Notes: generated by a model from the sequence alone, not told the origin. DNA of 64,000 nucleotides from a bacterium (GCA_040754625.1 JBFMCF010000068.1:2876-66875), one strand, 5' to 3'. Positions 1-10,219 are shown, numbered from the stretch's first letter. Program-made: numbers and translations.

Positions 1-1275
1 ATTTCTGAAGAACGGGCTTATATCGCCGAGCAGTTCCGAAGTCGCGACCCTCATAAACCGCACAACCAACTGCATAATTGTTATCGCAAGGACAATCATC
101 ATTACGCTTCCGTATGATTTGCCTAACTCCAGAGACAGTCCCAGCGCTCCCAGAAATTTGGAAACACCGGCCGCGAATATAACTCCCGGGCCGCTTGTAA
201 TCGCAGAACCATATTCAGATGGTGTCGCATAAATAGTTCCCGCTATTATCAATGCGAATAATGCAAGTATCATCTCAAGAAACATTACACCTGCGCCGAC
301 CGGCCGCGCGTCAAGCTCATTTTCCAGTTGCCGGGCGGTACCTGAGCTCGACACAATACTGTGCCACCCGGAAATTGCGCCGCAGGCAATTGTCACAAAC
401 ATAATTGGCCAGATTGGCCCGACTTTGATGTTAAAGCCTGTGTACGCGGGAAGTGTAAAATCAGGATGGAGAATAAATATCCCGATTATTCCCAGAAAAA
501 GCCCAAGAAAAACTATGTAAGAAGCCACGTAATTTATGGGAAGAGAGAATCTCCATATCGGAAGGACTGAAGCAAAATAGCAAAATATAAAGGCGATTAT
601 GGCCCACAGGAGCCGGCTGTTTGATATTGTTTCTCCTAAAATTTTATCCGACGGGAATATTGTTCCGAGCCATATGCCCAATAACGCGATTATAATTGTG
701 ACAAAAGTTGTTAAAATAATGTCCTTTTTCAGGTTATAAATCATCTGCCCCGCGACGATACCGGCTATTGTCAAAAACAGCCACGCCATGGGGGATGCTT
801 TCAGTCCGACAGCGGTGCTTACCACCACATTCCCGAATGCGCCGGCTATTAAAAGAAGATAGAAATATATGAATGAAAGAAGTATAATTCTTGCCCGCGG
901 GGAAATCAGTTTATGGCTCAAGGCCCCAAGTGAAGCTCCGTCATTCCTCATCGCAATCATCGCGGTTGAATAGTCCTGGACCCACCCTATGAAAAATGTC
1001 CCCAAAAGTATCCATATTAACGCGGGCAGCCATCCCCACTGGATTGCGATAATCGGCCCGATAATAGGGCCTGCTCCCGCGATTGATTTGAATTGATACC
1101 CGAAAAGAACATGTTTGCTTGTAGGGATAAATTCAACGCCATCCATGTACATCTTTGCCGGAGTTGTCTTTTTGGGGTCGGCTTTTATGATATTTTTGTC
1201 GATATATCCGGCATAAACGCGGTAACCGATGTAAAAAACCAGAAATCCGAGAATCAATATAATTATCGAATTCAT
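1..1275 (-). CDS. cstA: Carbon starvation protein CstA family transporter (3' end runs off the window)
   Basis: Absent from the ORF track because no stop lies inside the window. Hand translation of the minus strand from ATG 1275..1273 gives MNSIIILILGFLVFYIGYRVYAGYIDKNIIKADPKKTTPAKMYMDGVEFIPTSKHVLFGYQFKSIAGAGPIIGPIIAIQWGWLPALIWILLGTFFIGWVQDY... This is the conserved CstA N-terminus, including the FxxIAGAGPxxGP motif. AGGAG lies 7 nt upstream. The hydrophobic polytopic sequence continues to position 1. Confidence 0.85.
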   Translation of the reverse strand, partial: MNSIIILILGFLVFYIGYRVYAGYIDKNIIKADPKKTTPAKMYMDGVEFIPTSKHVLFGYQFKSIAGAGPIIGPIIAIQWGWLPALIWILLGTFFIGWVQDYSTAMIAMRNDGASLGALSHKLISPRARIILLSFIYFYLLLIAGAFGNVVVSTAVGLKASPMAWLFLTIAGIVAGQMIYNLKKDIILTTFVTIIIALLGIWLGTIFPSDKILGETISNSRLLWAIIAFIFCYFASVLPIWRFSLPINYVASYIVFLGLFLGIIGIFILHPDFTLPAYTGFNIKVGPIWPIMFVTIACGAISGWHSIVSSSGTARQLENELDARPVGAGVMFLEMILALFALIIAGTIYATPSEYGSAITSGPGVIFAAGVSKFLGALGLSLELGKSYGSVMMIVLAITIMQLVVRFMRVATSELLGDISPFFRN

Positions 1276-1303
1276 AAATTATCTCCTGCGAACTCCCCTT
1301 AAT

Positions 1304-1347
1304 CCCCTCTTTTCACGAAGTGATCGCTTCGCGAAAAAAAAGAGGGG
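1304..1347 (-). promoter_or_regulatory. Long hairpin in the cstA 5' leader
   Basis: CCCCTCTTTT (1304-1313) pairs perfectly with AAAAGAGGGG (1338-1347). An inner CGAAG/CTTCG stem lies between them. The element sits between the predicted promoter and the cstA RBS and has no trailing U-run on the minus strand, so it looks like a leader structure rather than a terminator. Confidence 0.4.
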
Positions 1348-1369
1348 AAAATACAAAAAATTGATTTTA

Positions 1370-1399
1370 ATTATATTAATAATTTTTACAACTTGTCAA
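1370..1399 (-). promoter_or_regulatory. Sigma70-type promoter for cstA
   Basis: On the minus strand: TTGACA (1399-1394), 18-nt spacer, TATAAT (1375-1370), about 95 nt upstream of the cstA ATG. Confidence 0.5.
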
Positions 1400-1439
1400 G
1401 GACAAATATAATACAATTTTTTTTATTAATTTTTTAAGT

Positions 1440-2621
1440 TTATTTTTTTAACTGTTCTTTTGCCCGTTCATAACAAGTTACCCATAGATACGGACGATGG
1501 GGAGACTGGTAATTCCCATTAGAATCTAAATCAGGGTAATATTTCGGCCAGCGGTATATTTGATTTTTTCCCTGCTTGATTACTTTTTCATAATAAAAGG
1601 CCGCTTCTTTATAATTTTTTTTGTTGAAATAGTATTCGGCAAAAAGAAGATTAATATGAGGCATATTTGATTCTTTTAATTTATCCGTTATTTTTTTTTC
1701 AAAATCATCGCAAAAATCGTCATTTTTAAAAAGTTCAAGAAGCCTCCTCAAAACATAAACAGTTCCCCTGCCGTTTGCGATTATCCTTTTATAAGTCAAA
1801 AGATCACAGGGCGGGTTTATAATCAAGGTATTGAGATAAAGGTCCGACAAAAGCTTATATTCTTTTTCCATAAGGCATAATTTTTCTTCAGGTGTTTGTA
1901 TTGTTTCAGGTTCAATAGTAAAAAACGGTTTGCCTTCATTCAGTAATTTCAGGGCTTGTAAGGCGTTTTTTGATTTTCCCTGCACCAGGCCGAGTATTTG
2001 AATTTTTGTCCTTTCATAATCTATATCTTTGAACCCGGATTTGATAGCTCCATCGGGAATTACCGCTTTCGCGGAGTTAAGAACAGTGTAAGCGTCGTTA
2101 AATTTTCCCGCGCGTGCATAAACCAGGCTTGCGTTAATAGCGGTTTCACCCCAAAGAGAAACAGCTTCGGTCCCGTTTTTAATAAAATCTTCTCTTGATA
2201 AAACCCGGGGATTTTTCCCAAAAATACGGCATCCTATTGCGAACGCTTTGTCATAATAAGTTACAGCTCCATTAAAATCGTTTTGTTTTGCGAGTGTTTC
2301 CGCGATTGGGGTAATTATCCAGATCCTGCTTTTTTCTGACTGGATATTTTTTTTAAGGAGCCATTTGCCTTGATTGATTAAAAGTTTATCCAGGGAATGT
2401 TTCTGGTAATAGTGGTTTAAATCGAGAAATATTCTCAGCCTGTCGTCAACATCAGGAAATTCATCCCATAGTATTTCTATTTTTTTTGTTCCTTCATGGG
2501 AATTGTGGCGGTATTCATCGCGGATCTCTCTTAAGCGGTATTCAAGCAAAGTTACAGCATGAGATGATGCGTTAAAAATTAAAAACAATAAAATTGTTGA
2601 TAATAAAACAGGTTTTTTCAT
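1440..2621 (-). CDS. Secreted TPR/Sel1-like repeat protein (hypothetical)
   Basis: 393-aa ORF with a signal peptide (MKKPVLLSTILLFLIFNASSHA). Recurrent helical repeat signatures are present (AVTYYDKAFAI, DAYTVLNSAKAV, EAAFYYEKVIKQ). It is the last gene of the minus-strand PBP operon. Confidence 0.6.
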   Translation of the reverse strand: MKKPVLLSTILLFLIFNASSHAVTLLEYRLREIRDEYRHNSHEGTKKIEILWDEFPDVDDRLRIFLDLNHYYQKHSLDKLLINQGKWLLKKNIQSEKSRIWIITPIAETLAKQNDFNGAVTYYDKAFAIGCRIFGKNPRVLSREDFIKNGTEAVSLWGETAINASLVYARAGKFNDAYTVLNSAKAVIPDGAIKSGFKDIDYERTKIQILGLVQGKSKNALQALKLLNEGKPFFTIEPETIQTPEEKLCLMEKEYKLLSDLYLNTLIINPPCDLLTYKRIIANGRGTVYVLRRLLELFKNDDFCDDFEKKITDKLKESNMPHINLLFAEYYFNKKNYKEAAFYYEKVIKQGKNQIYRWPKYYPDLDSNGNYQSPHRPYLWVTCYERAKEQLKK

Positions 2622-2633
2622 ATATATTTTGGC

Positions 2634-2672
2634 CGTTTAAACTGTTTGAACTATTTAAACCGCTTAAACCGT
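2634..2672. repeat. Tandem 9-bp NGTTTAAAC array, copy 1 of 4 in the window
   Basis: CGTTTAAAC TGTTTGAAC TATTTAAAC CGCTTAAAC CGTTTT. It fills the gap between the stop of the 645-aa gene (2676) and the start of the TPR gene (2621). Confidence 0.8.
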
Positions 2673-2675
2673 TTT

Positions 2676-4613
2676 TTACTTTGTCTTAAACCACTGTATC
2701 CTGCTGAAAGGGCTCCATAAACCATTTTTGCCCTTTCCTTTTACGCGAAAATAATACAGACTGCCGGGATTTAATTTTTCCTCCGGTTTTATTTTATAAT
2801 CCGCTTCCCACGACAGGTTCGGTTTATTTGATTTCTTTATTTCCGAAGAAAATATTTTGTTGATAATTAATTTTTTGGACGTGTTAAAGACCTGTATTTG
2901 CCATTCGTCAATGATCCGGTCGTTTAACCCGTCAATATTTACGCCGTAATTTTTTATTTTTTCATTTTCGTAAGTTAAAATACCAGGATAAATTTCGATA
3001 AAAACATCGTCTGTTGTATCAAAAAAAGTCCGGTATTGGTTTGAAAAATAACCCCAGCTTAAAATCGGTGTGAGGTTATTCATATTGATTCTTTTATCAG
3101 AGATATTTTCCCGTTCAGGAAAATATGCCGGGTAATAATTAAAAATTAATTTTCCGGGGCTCTTTGCGTTTGGAGAAAGACAGGGGATATTTTCAACCAT
3201 AAGGCAGTCAGGCGCGCGGGGTGCGTTGATGCCCAGGTCAACCAATTTGTTAACGGTAATTCTTTTCCTTTCAGGGAAAGAAAAAGTGGCAGGTTGATAA
3301 GAATACCAGTATACCAATTTATTACTATCCGGGTTAGAATCTTCAAGTCCCGTAAATGTCTCATTTTCATATTCAGGATGATAAAGTATCGAGGGTGCCA
3401 AAAACATATGAAAAATCTCTTCATTTTTTTTCCACCCGTCAACTATTGAATCATTATGGTTAAAACATTCGTCAATCAGGGGATGGTCTGATTTGCCTGT
3501 GGCGGTAAACCCGATAATTCCATGGAGATTGGAATCTTTGTTTAAGATATTTTTTGCCCAAAAAAGTCCCGGACGCGAATCATACCACGAATTGTATTTT
3601 TCATCATGAAAATTGGCCCATTGCCCTGTAATTTCCCCGTCATAATCAAGCACAGAACAGCCGGCCATATAAACCCACTCAAGGTCAAGGTCCCAATTGT
3701 TTCCGATTTCGTCATGCAGGGTGCGGTAGTAGTAGTCGTCAAGCATGCCGCGTGTTTTTTTGGGAACTATCTGCGCCGGCCAGCGTTTTGATAATTTCCA
3801 GTCATCTTTTAAAATTAGTGAGCTCAATGTCCCGCTTGATTCGTGTTCCCCGTGGAATGAGAAGTAAAAAATATCAGCCTGGTTTTTTACAAGCAGCCAG
3901 TCTTTCGCGGGATTGAATCCCGGCATCTCCCACTCTAAAGGTGTTATGTAATAAGGCCGTTCATTGCTATTATTAATACCCGCGTCAATGATGATTTTCT
4001 CCACGCCCGCGTACTGAATGTATTCATTTGTAAGCGCCGGTATTCCTTCATTTTCGTGTTCCTCAACCGTTCCTTCGTCCGTGAATGAGAAAAATGTCGC
4101 GTTGCCGCGGTTTTTATAGCCTTTTTTAACAAGTTTTTCGAGGAAATATTCCGCTTCCCATCCGCCGTCAGGAGCGCCTTCGGCAGTTGATACTTCAAGG
4201 ATTCCGTCATCTCCCTGCGGAATTCCGACAAAATTTTCAGGTTTATTTTCCGCCGTGCCGTCTATGAAAATAACTTCCCCGAGAAATTCGTTGATGTTTT
4301 TTGTCTGGTCCAGTTTAATTGTTTTGAATTTTCCGCCGGGGTAATCTTCCTGCCGGAAAAGTCTGACCTGATATGTAAGGTTCGCGAATTCCCTGAGTCC
4401 CTTTGTTTTTAAAAGGATATTGATCTTTCTTCCTTCTTCAGACGGGACAACAATCTCATCCCATGGAAGTTTTTCCAGGACAGGCTTTTTACTTTTTATG
4501 GATATAGTTTCTTTATAGAAATCCAGTCCTGCTGGCTCAATTTTTGGATTCGCGGCGTATGAATTGATATTTGGTATAAGAAAAATAATAAAAATCCAAA
4601 GGTAAAATTTCAT
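2676..4613 (-). CDS. Secreted 645-aa protein; possible clan-CD-like cysteine peptidase core plus C-terminal FN3-like domain (hypothetical)
   Basis: Signal peptide MKFYLWIFIIFLIPNINSYA. There is an ordered His...Cys pair in caspase/gingipain-like contexts (FYFSFHGEH ... WVYMAGCSVL). The C-terminus (LNPGSLYYFRVKGKGKNGLWSPFS) resembles an FN3 strand pattern. The ATG overlaps the PBP stop (ATGA at 4613-4610). The family assignment is weak. Confidence 0.55.
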   Translation of the reverse strand: MKFYLWIFIIFLIPNINSYAANPKIEPAGLDFYKETISIKSKKPVLEKLPWDEIVVPSEEGRKINILLKTKGLREFANLTYQVRLFRQEDYPGGKFKTIKLDQTKNINEFLGEVIFIDGTAENKPENFVGIPQGDDGILEVSTAEGAPDGGWEAEYFLEKLVKKGYKNRGNATFFSFTDEGTVEEHENEGIPALTNEYIQYAGVEKIIIDAGINNSNERPYYITPLEWEMPGFNPAKDWLLVKNQADIFYFSFHGEHESSGTLSSLILKDDWKLSKRWPAQIVPKKTRGMLDDYYYRTLHDEIGNNWDLDLEWVYMAGCSVLDYDGEITGQWANFHDEKYNSWYDSRPGLFWAKNILNKDSNLHGIIGFTATGKSDHPLIDECFNHNDSIVDGWKKNEEIFHMFLAPSILYHPEYENETFTGLEDSNPDSNKLVYWYSYQPATFSFPERKRITVNKLVDLGINAPRAPDCLMVENIPCLSPNAKSPGKLIFNYYPAYFPERENISDKRINMNNLTPILSWGYFSNQYRTFFDTTDDVFIEIYPGILTYENEKIKNYGVNIDGLNDRIIDEWQIQVFNTSKKLIINKIFSSEIKKSNKPNLSWEADYKIKPEEKLNPGSLYYFRVKGKGKNGLWSPFSRIQWFKTK

Positions 4614-7075
4614 TCCGGCTTTTTTCCCCTCAGCAGCCTGAACGGTATATTTTCCGCGCCTGGCTGGGTTTCATCGCATTCCTTAACAGGCTCAGTGCCT
4701 TTGATAAATGCCTGCACAACTATCTCTTTGCATTTCGGAGTGGCTAACAATCCTGTCTGGTTGTCAATTTCTTTAAATATAATATTTTTCGGTATGGGGA
4801 AATCGCGGATTTCCGAGTCTTGATAAATGTCTTTCATTATATATGCCCAGACGGGGCCCGTCATTTCTTCACCTGTGGCATGCTGTCCCATGGATGTCCG
4901 GTCGTCAAAACTGATATGGATACCAAGAGCGAGGTCAGGTGTAAAACCTATAAACCATGCGTCAGTGGCATTATCGGTTGTCCCTGTTTTTGCGCCTATC
5001 GGCCTTTCGACTATCTTGCGGACAGACCTGCCGGTCCCTTCTTTTGTTACCGCCTGCAGTATATCAACCATGATGTAGTTTACATCTTCTTTTAAGGCAA
5101 TATGTTCAATATGGTTATATTTTTCCAGTATGTTCCCATTAACATCTTTTATCATTTTTATTGCCATCGGTTCAACATGGACGCCTTCATTGGCATAGAT
5201 AGAATACGCCGATGTTATTTCAAGGAGTGTGACCTCGGATGTCCCGAGGGCCAGGGTAAAGTTTGGGACAAGCGGGCTTTTTATTCCCAGGAGCTTTGCA
5301 TATTCTATCGCTTTGTTTATTCCGGTTTCCTGCAAAAGTTTTATGGAAGCGATATTCAATGAAAGCGAGAGTGCCTTTCTGAGTGTAACAGGCCCGTAAT
5401 AAATTCCATAGTAATTGCTTGGCGACCATTCTTCGTTTTCCCGGGAATTATCTGGAAAGGTGACCGGGGCATCCACGACCGATTTGGCCCCTGTAAATCC
5501 CATGTCAACGGCCGCTGTATAGATAAATGGTTTAAAGGCCGAGCCCGGCTGTCTTTTTGTCTGCACAGCGCGGTTAAGGGGTGACTCCGCGTAATTGTAT
5601 CCGCCAATCATGGCTTTAATAAAACCTGTCTGCGGTTCGATGGCCAATACCGCACCCTGTAATGTTTGTTCCTGGTGCAATGAAAGTTGAATATTTTCCT
5701 TTTTGTTATCCACAGATGTAACTTTTACCCGGACAAGATGGTTTTTAGCAAGCGCGTCGTTGACCTTTGTTATTCTGGCACGGTAAAAACCTGTTTTTTT
5801 CTTTTCTTCAAATTCCCTGAACTCCTGTTTTTTAATCCATTTAATTCCATCTAAAGGAAGAATCCCTTCTACCCCCCATCCAAGCGAGATTACCGCTTTT
5901 TCTTTTCCAGCGGTTTTCACAGTTCCCCATAAAAGTTTATTAACATCCAGATATTTTAAAAGTTCTTTTTTGTCAGAGATACCCGTTTCCTTTTGTATTT
6001 TTTCTTCTATTGCCTGCCCTTTTTCAGGAAATCTCGGCTCATATTTCCCAAGCGCGTCATTTTTTTCTTTTATATATTTTTTAAAATTTATCTCAGCGGT
6101 CTGCTGGATTCTTAAATCCAGGGTTGTATAGACCGAAAGGCCTCCTTCATAGAGGGTCTTTTCATCAAATTTTTTTTCAAGCATTTTCCGGATATACTCG
6201 GTAAAATAAGGTGCTTTATTCTGCCGGTATTTGTAAGGGGCAAAATTTACTTTTTTGTCTTTTGTTTTTTCATATTCTTCCCCGCTTATCAAATTTGCTT
6301 TTAACATCCGTTTCAAGACAAACAACTGCCGTTTTTTCGCGAGTTTTGGATTTTTGTATGGTGAATAAAGAGTTGGCGCCTGGATAAACCCCGCAAGATA
6401 TGCGGCTTCTGCCAGGTTTAATTTAAAAACCGGTTTTTCAAAAAAGGTTTGACTGGCGGACTCCGCTCCATATGCCCCCTGGCCGAAAAATATCTGGTTG
6501 CAGTAAAATTCCAAAATTTCTTTTTTTGAATAATGCATTTCTATCTGGAGTGTTAAAATAACCTCTTTAAGTTTTCTTATAAAGGTCCTTTCGGAGCTCA
6601 GAAAAAGGTTTTTCGCAAGCTGCTGGGTCAATGTGCTTCCCCCCTGGACGATTTCCCCCGCCAGCATATTTTTCAAAAAAGCCCGCGCGATGGATGTCAT
6701 ATCTATACCCCAGTGTTTATAAAATTCGTGGTCTTCAGTGGCGATTATCGCATTAATAAAATAATCCGGCATTTTTTTTAATGGGACAACCACCCGTTTT
6801 TCATTGAAAAATTCAGAGATTAATTTATTATTGATGTCAAATATTCTTGTTGCCTGAATAGGCTGGTAGTTTTCCAGTTCCCGGACATCAGGCAGGGAAA
6901 AGAAATACCAGAAAATTATTGTGGACAGTATGGTAGTAAATATAAAAACACCTATAATCGTAATAGATAAATTTTTGCTGAGCTTCACCCCGAACTTCCT
7001 TTCTTGCAAATTGCACAATTTTGGCCCTGCGCTGTCCCTATTCTTTATATACCAACTGTCCGCAGGCGGCGTCAA
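4610..7075 (-). CDS. mrcA: Class A penicillin-binding protein (PBP1A: glycosyltransferase GT51 + transpeptidase)
   Basis: GT51 motifs EDHEFYKHWGID, GGSTLTQQLAKN and RKxxE (RKLKE). Transpeptidase motifs SAFKPF (SxxK), SLN (SxN) and KTGTT (KTG). N-terminal TM helix. The start is uncertain: ATG 7075 overlaps rlmN by 38 nt, and an in-frame GTG near 6988 just before the TM helix is an alternative. Confidence 0.9.
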   Translation of the reverse strand: MTPPADSWYIKNRDSAGPKLCNLQERKFGVKLSKNLSITIIGVFIFTTILSTIIFWYFFSLPDVRELENYQPIQATRIFDINNKLISEFFNEKRVVVPLKKMPDYFINAIIATEDHEFYKHWGIDMTSIARAFLKNMLAGEIVQGGSTLTQQLAKNLFLSSERTFIRKLKEVILTLQIEMHYSKKEILEFYCNQIFFGQGAYGAESASQTFFEKPVFKLNLAEAAYLAGFIQAPTLYSPYKNPKLAKKRQLFVLKRMLKANLISGEEYEKTKDKKVNFAPYKYRQNKAPYFTEYIRKMLEKKFDEKTLYEGGLSVYTTLDLRIQQTAEINFKKYIKEKNDALGKYEPRFPEKGQAIEEKIQKETGISDKKELLKYLDVNKLLWGTVKTAGKEKAVISLGWGVEGILPLDGIKWIKKQEFREFEEKKKTGFYRARITKVNDALAKNHLVRVKVTSVDNKKENIQLSLHQEQTLQGAVLAIEPQTGFIKAMIGGYNYAESPLNRAVQTKRQPGSAFKPFIYTAAVDMGFTGAKSVVDAPVTFPDNSRENEEWSPSNYYGIYYGPVTLRKALSLSLNIASIKLLQETGINKAIEYAKLLGIKSPLVPNFTLALGTSEVTLLEITSAYSIYANEGVHVEPMAIKMIKDVNGNILEKYNHIEHIALKEDVNYIMVDILQAVTKEGTGRSVRKIVERPIGAKTGTTDNATDAWFIGFTPDLALGIHISFDDRTSMGQHATGEEMTGPVWAYIMKDIYQDSEIRDFPIPKNIIFKEIDNQTGLLATPKCKEIVVQAFIKGTEPVKECDETQPGAENIPFRLLRGKKPE

Positions 7076-8072
7076 GACCTTCTCCGAAACGGAACCTTTG
7101 GGTTACTGCGATACCTTCTTTTTCCAAAATCTCTTTAAATATTTTTATTCTTTCGCCTTTAGAGGGCTTTAGCGTTTTTCCTGTAGGATTATAAGTTATC
7201 AGGTTTATAAAATAAAGCGGTTTTTTCATTAAAACGGATAATTTTTTCGCGCATTCAACGGAATCGTTAAAGTCTTTTATCATTATATACTCGAACATTA
7301 CCCTGCGGTTGGTTTTTTTAATATATTCATCCACGCAGGAAATAATTGCGTTAATCGGGTATTTTTTATTTGCCGGGATTATTTTTGAACGTAAATCATC
7401 AGATGGCGCGTGAAGCGATATGGCGAGGTTTACCTGTAAATTTTCATTCGAAAATTTTTTGATTCCCCCGGGAATTCCCACCGTCGAAATTGAAAAATGC
7501 CTGGCTCCAAGGTTAAACCCGTCCTTTTCATTTAAAAGCTTTATTGTGTTTAAGACATTATCATAATTCAGAAAAGGCTCTCCCATTCCCATGAAAACAA
7601 TATTTGTGATTTTTTTGTTTTCTTTTTTCAGTAACCTTGCGAAAAACAAAACCTGTTCAATAATCTCAAACATTTCAAGATTTCTTTTAAATCCAAGCCG
7701 CCCTGTCGCGCAAAATGAGCAGTTGAGGCTGCAGCCGGCCTGCGATGATACACAAACCGTGTTCCGTCCGTCACGGCTTTTCATTAAAACTGATTCAATC
7801 CGGATATTGTCTTTTAGGGTTATTGCGGCTTTGATAGCGCTTTTATCATGAGATTCAAAGAAGCTGCCTTTAATGGAAAGCCGGCATTCCTCGTTTAATT
7901 TTTTTCTAAGGTCAAATGGCAGGGTGGTTATATCCATCCAGTCTTCAATTAAATCAAGGAATAATGCCTTTTTTATCTGTCTTGACCGGTAATTCGGATA
8001 TTGTTTGAGAATATCGGCTAGATTTGATAAATCCATAACTGGTAATTCTATCATATATTTAACTATAGACAA
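7038..8072 (-). CDS. rlmN: 23S rRNA/tRNA (adenine-C2)-methyltransferase, radical SAM, RlmN/Cfr family
   Basis: 344 aa. Contains CSLNCSFCATG (CxxxCxxC), MGMGEPFLNYDNV and the C-terminal DAACGQL motif typical of RlmN. Confidence 0.9.
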   Translation of the reverse strand: MSIVKYMIELPVMDLSNLADILKQYPNYRSRQIKKALFLDLIEDWMDITTLPFDLRKKLNEECRLSIKGSFFESHDKSAIKAAITLKDNIRIESVLMKSRDGRNTVCVSSQAGCSLNCSFCATGRLGFKRNLEMFEIIEQVLFFARLLKKENKKITNIVFMGMGEPFLNYDNVLNTIKLLNEKDGFNLGARHFSISTVGIPGGIKKFSNENLQVNLAISLHAPSDDLRSKIIPANKKYPINAIISCVDEYIKKTNRRVMFEYIMIKDFNDSVECAKKLSVLMKKPLYFINLITYNPTGKTLKPSKGERIKIFKEILEKEGIAVTQRFRFGEGLDAACGQLVYKE

Positions 8073-8128
8073 AATTATGTTTTTATAATAAAATTAAAGA
8101 TTCTGTATTATTATAAAATGCGTATAAA

Positions 8129-10219
8129 ATGCCTGAAAAATTAAAACACAGAACAAATAAAAAGCTATCCGGGGGAAAGTATTATCCGCTGGGCGCCACA
8201 TTGCAAAAAGACGGTGTGAATTTCGCAATTTATTCCCAGCACGCGGATGATATATTTCTGCTTTTGTTTGATGACCCCGCTGGCGAACCGGCGGATATAA
8301 TAAAAATTGAACATAGAGAAAAAAATGTCTGGCATGTTTTTGTCCATGGATTAAAAAAAGGGCAATTGTATGGTTTTAAAATCAGGGGTGAATTTGATCC
8401 CGCAAAAGGCATGCGGTTTAATGAAAATAAACTTCTGATTGACCCTTATTCGAAGGCATTGACAGGCAAATTTACGAATGAAAATAACCTGCTTTTTGGA
8501 TATGATGCGGATTCTTTGGATAAAGATTTATCGAAAGACAATCGTGACAATTCTCATATCGTTCCAAAATCAATCGTGATGGATGAGCATTTCGACTGGC
8601 AAAATGATTCCCGGCCGGATATCCCTTTTGATAAATTAATAATTTATGAAGTGCATTTAAAAGGGTTTACCGCGCATTCCTCATCGGGTGTTAAGCATCC
8701 CGGCACATATTTGGGTTTTATTGAAAAAATTCCTTATCTCAAAGGCCTTGGGATAAATGTAGTTGAATTTCTTCCTCTCCAGGAATTTTATACGGAAGAT
8801 TTTTTAATCAAAAAAGGGCTTACTAATTATTGGGGGTATAATACAATAGGTTTTTTCAGCCCGGAATCATCTTACAGTTCAAAAAGTTATCCGGGATGCC
8901 AGGCGGATGAGTTTAAAATTCTTGTCCGTGAGCTTCATAAGGCAGGGATTGAAGTTATAATGGATGTGGTTTATAACCATACAGGCGAGGGGAATGAATT
9001 AGGCCCTACAATTTGTTTCAGGGGAATAGATAATCTTACATACTATTGTTTAAAAGGGAAAAAAGAGGAACCTTATCGTTCATATACAAATTATTCCGGG
9101 TGCGGAAACAGCCTTAACCTGGCTAACCAGGCAGTTATAGAATTAATAATGGATTCTCTTCGTTACTGGGTCAACATAATGCATGTTGATGGTTTTAGAT
9201 TTGACCTGGCAACAATTTTAGGACGTAAAGACGGTTTGTTTCAAAAGACCGCATCTTTTTTTGACGCAATTTCACAGGACCCGGTTTTGAACAGGGTGAA
9301 ACTTATCGCGGAACCATGGGATTTAGAAACATATCAAGTGGGTAATTTTCCTCCTGACTGGTCCGAATGGAACGGGAAATTCAGGGATACTGTCCGAAAG
9401 TTCGGAAGAGGAGATAAAGGACAGGTAAGGGATTTAAGTTTAAGATTGACAGGTTCTTCCGACCTATACGGGGATGACGGGCGGTCTCCATATCACAGTA
9501 TTAATTTTATAACATGCCATGACGGTTTTACCGTGAATGACCTTGTTTCATATAATCATAAACACAATGAATTAAATTTTGAGAATAATAAAGATGGCTT
9601 GACTGAAAATTTTTCATGGAATTGCGGTATCGAGGGAGAAACTGATGATGTTAATGTTGTTTGTCTCCGTAAGCGGCTGATTAAAAATTATTTTTGTTAT
9701 CTTTTGTTTTCACTGGGAACACCTATGATACTCGGGGGCGATGAATTTTTACGCTCACAAAAAGGAAATAATAATGCATACTGCCAGGATAATGAAATAA
9801 GCTGGTTTAACTGGGAACTTATTTTAAAGAATAAAGATATATTTGATTTTTGCAGGAAAGCAATTTTATTCAGGAAGAAACATATTATTTTACAAAACAG
9901 AAAGTTTATGGAAAAACTTTATGACGGGTTGATAATAAAATGGTATGGAAATGACGGACGGGAACCTGTGTGGGGCAATCATGATGCCCGGATTTTATGC
10001 TATATTCTTGATGGTATTTTTTTTATATGTAATGCAGATAGTTTTCTGCAATATGTTAAACTTCCCTGTTGTTCCGCCAATAAAAGATGGCATAGAGTTA
10101 TTGACACAAGCCTTCCAGGCAGCGAAGATTTTCTTGATGGCGGTAAAGAAATACTGATTAAACCGGATGATTATTATTTAGTTAACCCAAGAAGTATAGT
10201 TGTACTAATTGCCGGGTAA
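8129..10219 (+). CDS. glgX: Glycogen debranching enzyme GlgX (GH13 isoamylase-type)
   Basis: 696 aa. N-terminal YPLGAT...GVNFAIYS E-set domain. GH13 regions DVVYNHT, GFRFDLA and EPWD, plus WSEWNGKFRD, which is typical of GlgX/TreX. Confidence 0.9.
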   Translation: MPEKLKHRTNKKLSGGKYYPLGATLQKDGVNFAIYSQHADDIFLLLFDDPAGEPADIIKIEHREKNVWHVFVHGLKKGQLYGFKIRGEFDPAKGMRFNENKLLIDPYSKALTGKFTNENNLLFGYDADSLDKDLSKDNRDNSHIVPKSIVMDEHFDWQNDSRPDIPFDKLIIYEVHLKGFTAHSSSGVKHPGTYLGFIEKIPYLKGLGINVVEFLPLQEFYTEDFLIKKGLTNYWGYNTIGFFSPESSYSSKSYPGCQADEFKILVRELHKAGIEVIMDVVYNHTGEGNELGPTICFRGIDNLTYYCLKGKKEEPYRSYTNYSGCGNSLNLANQAVIELIMDSLRYWVNIMHVDGFRFDLATILGRKDGLFQKTASFFDAISQDPVLNRVKLIAEPWDLETYQVGNFPPDWSEWNGKFRDTVRKFGRGDKGQVRDLSLRLTGSSDLYGDDGRSPYHSINFITCHDGFTVNDLVSYNHKHNELNFENNKDGLTENFSWNCGIEGETDDVNVVCLRKRLIKNYFCYLLFSLGTPMILGGDEFLRSQKGNNNAYCQDNEISWFNWELILKNKDIFDFCRKAILFRKKHIILQNRKFMEKLYDGLIIKWYGNDGREPVWGNHDARILCYILDGIFFICNADSFLQYVKLPCCSANKRWHRVIDTSLPGSEDFLDGGKEILIKPDDYYLVNPRSIVVLIAG

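Noticed and set aside
361-1302. Track ORFs 361..570 and 1093..1302 on the plus strand
   Set aside because: Both are antisense shadows of the cstA coding sequence, which is clearly readable on the minus strand. Their translations are low-complexity with no recognisable motifs.
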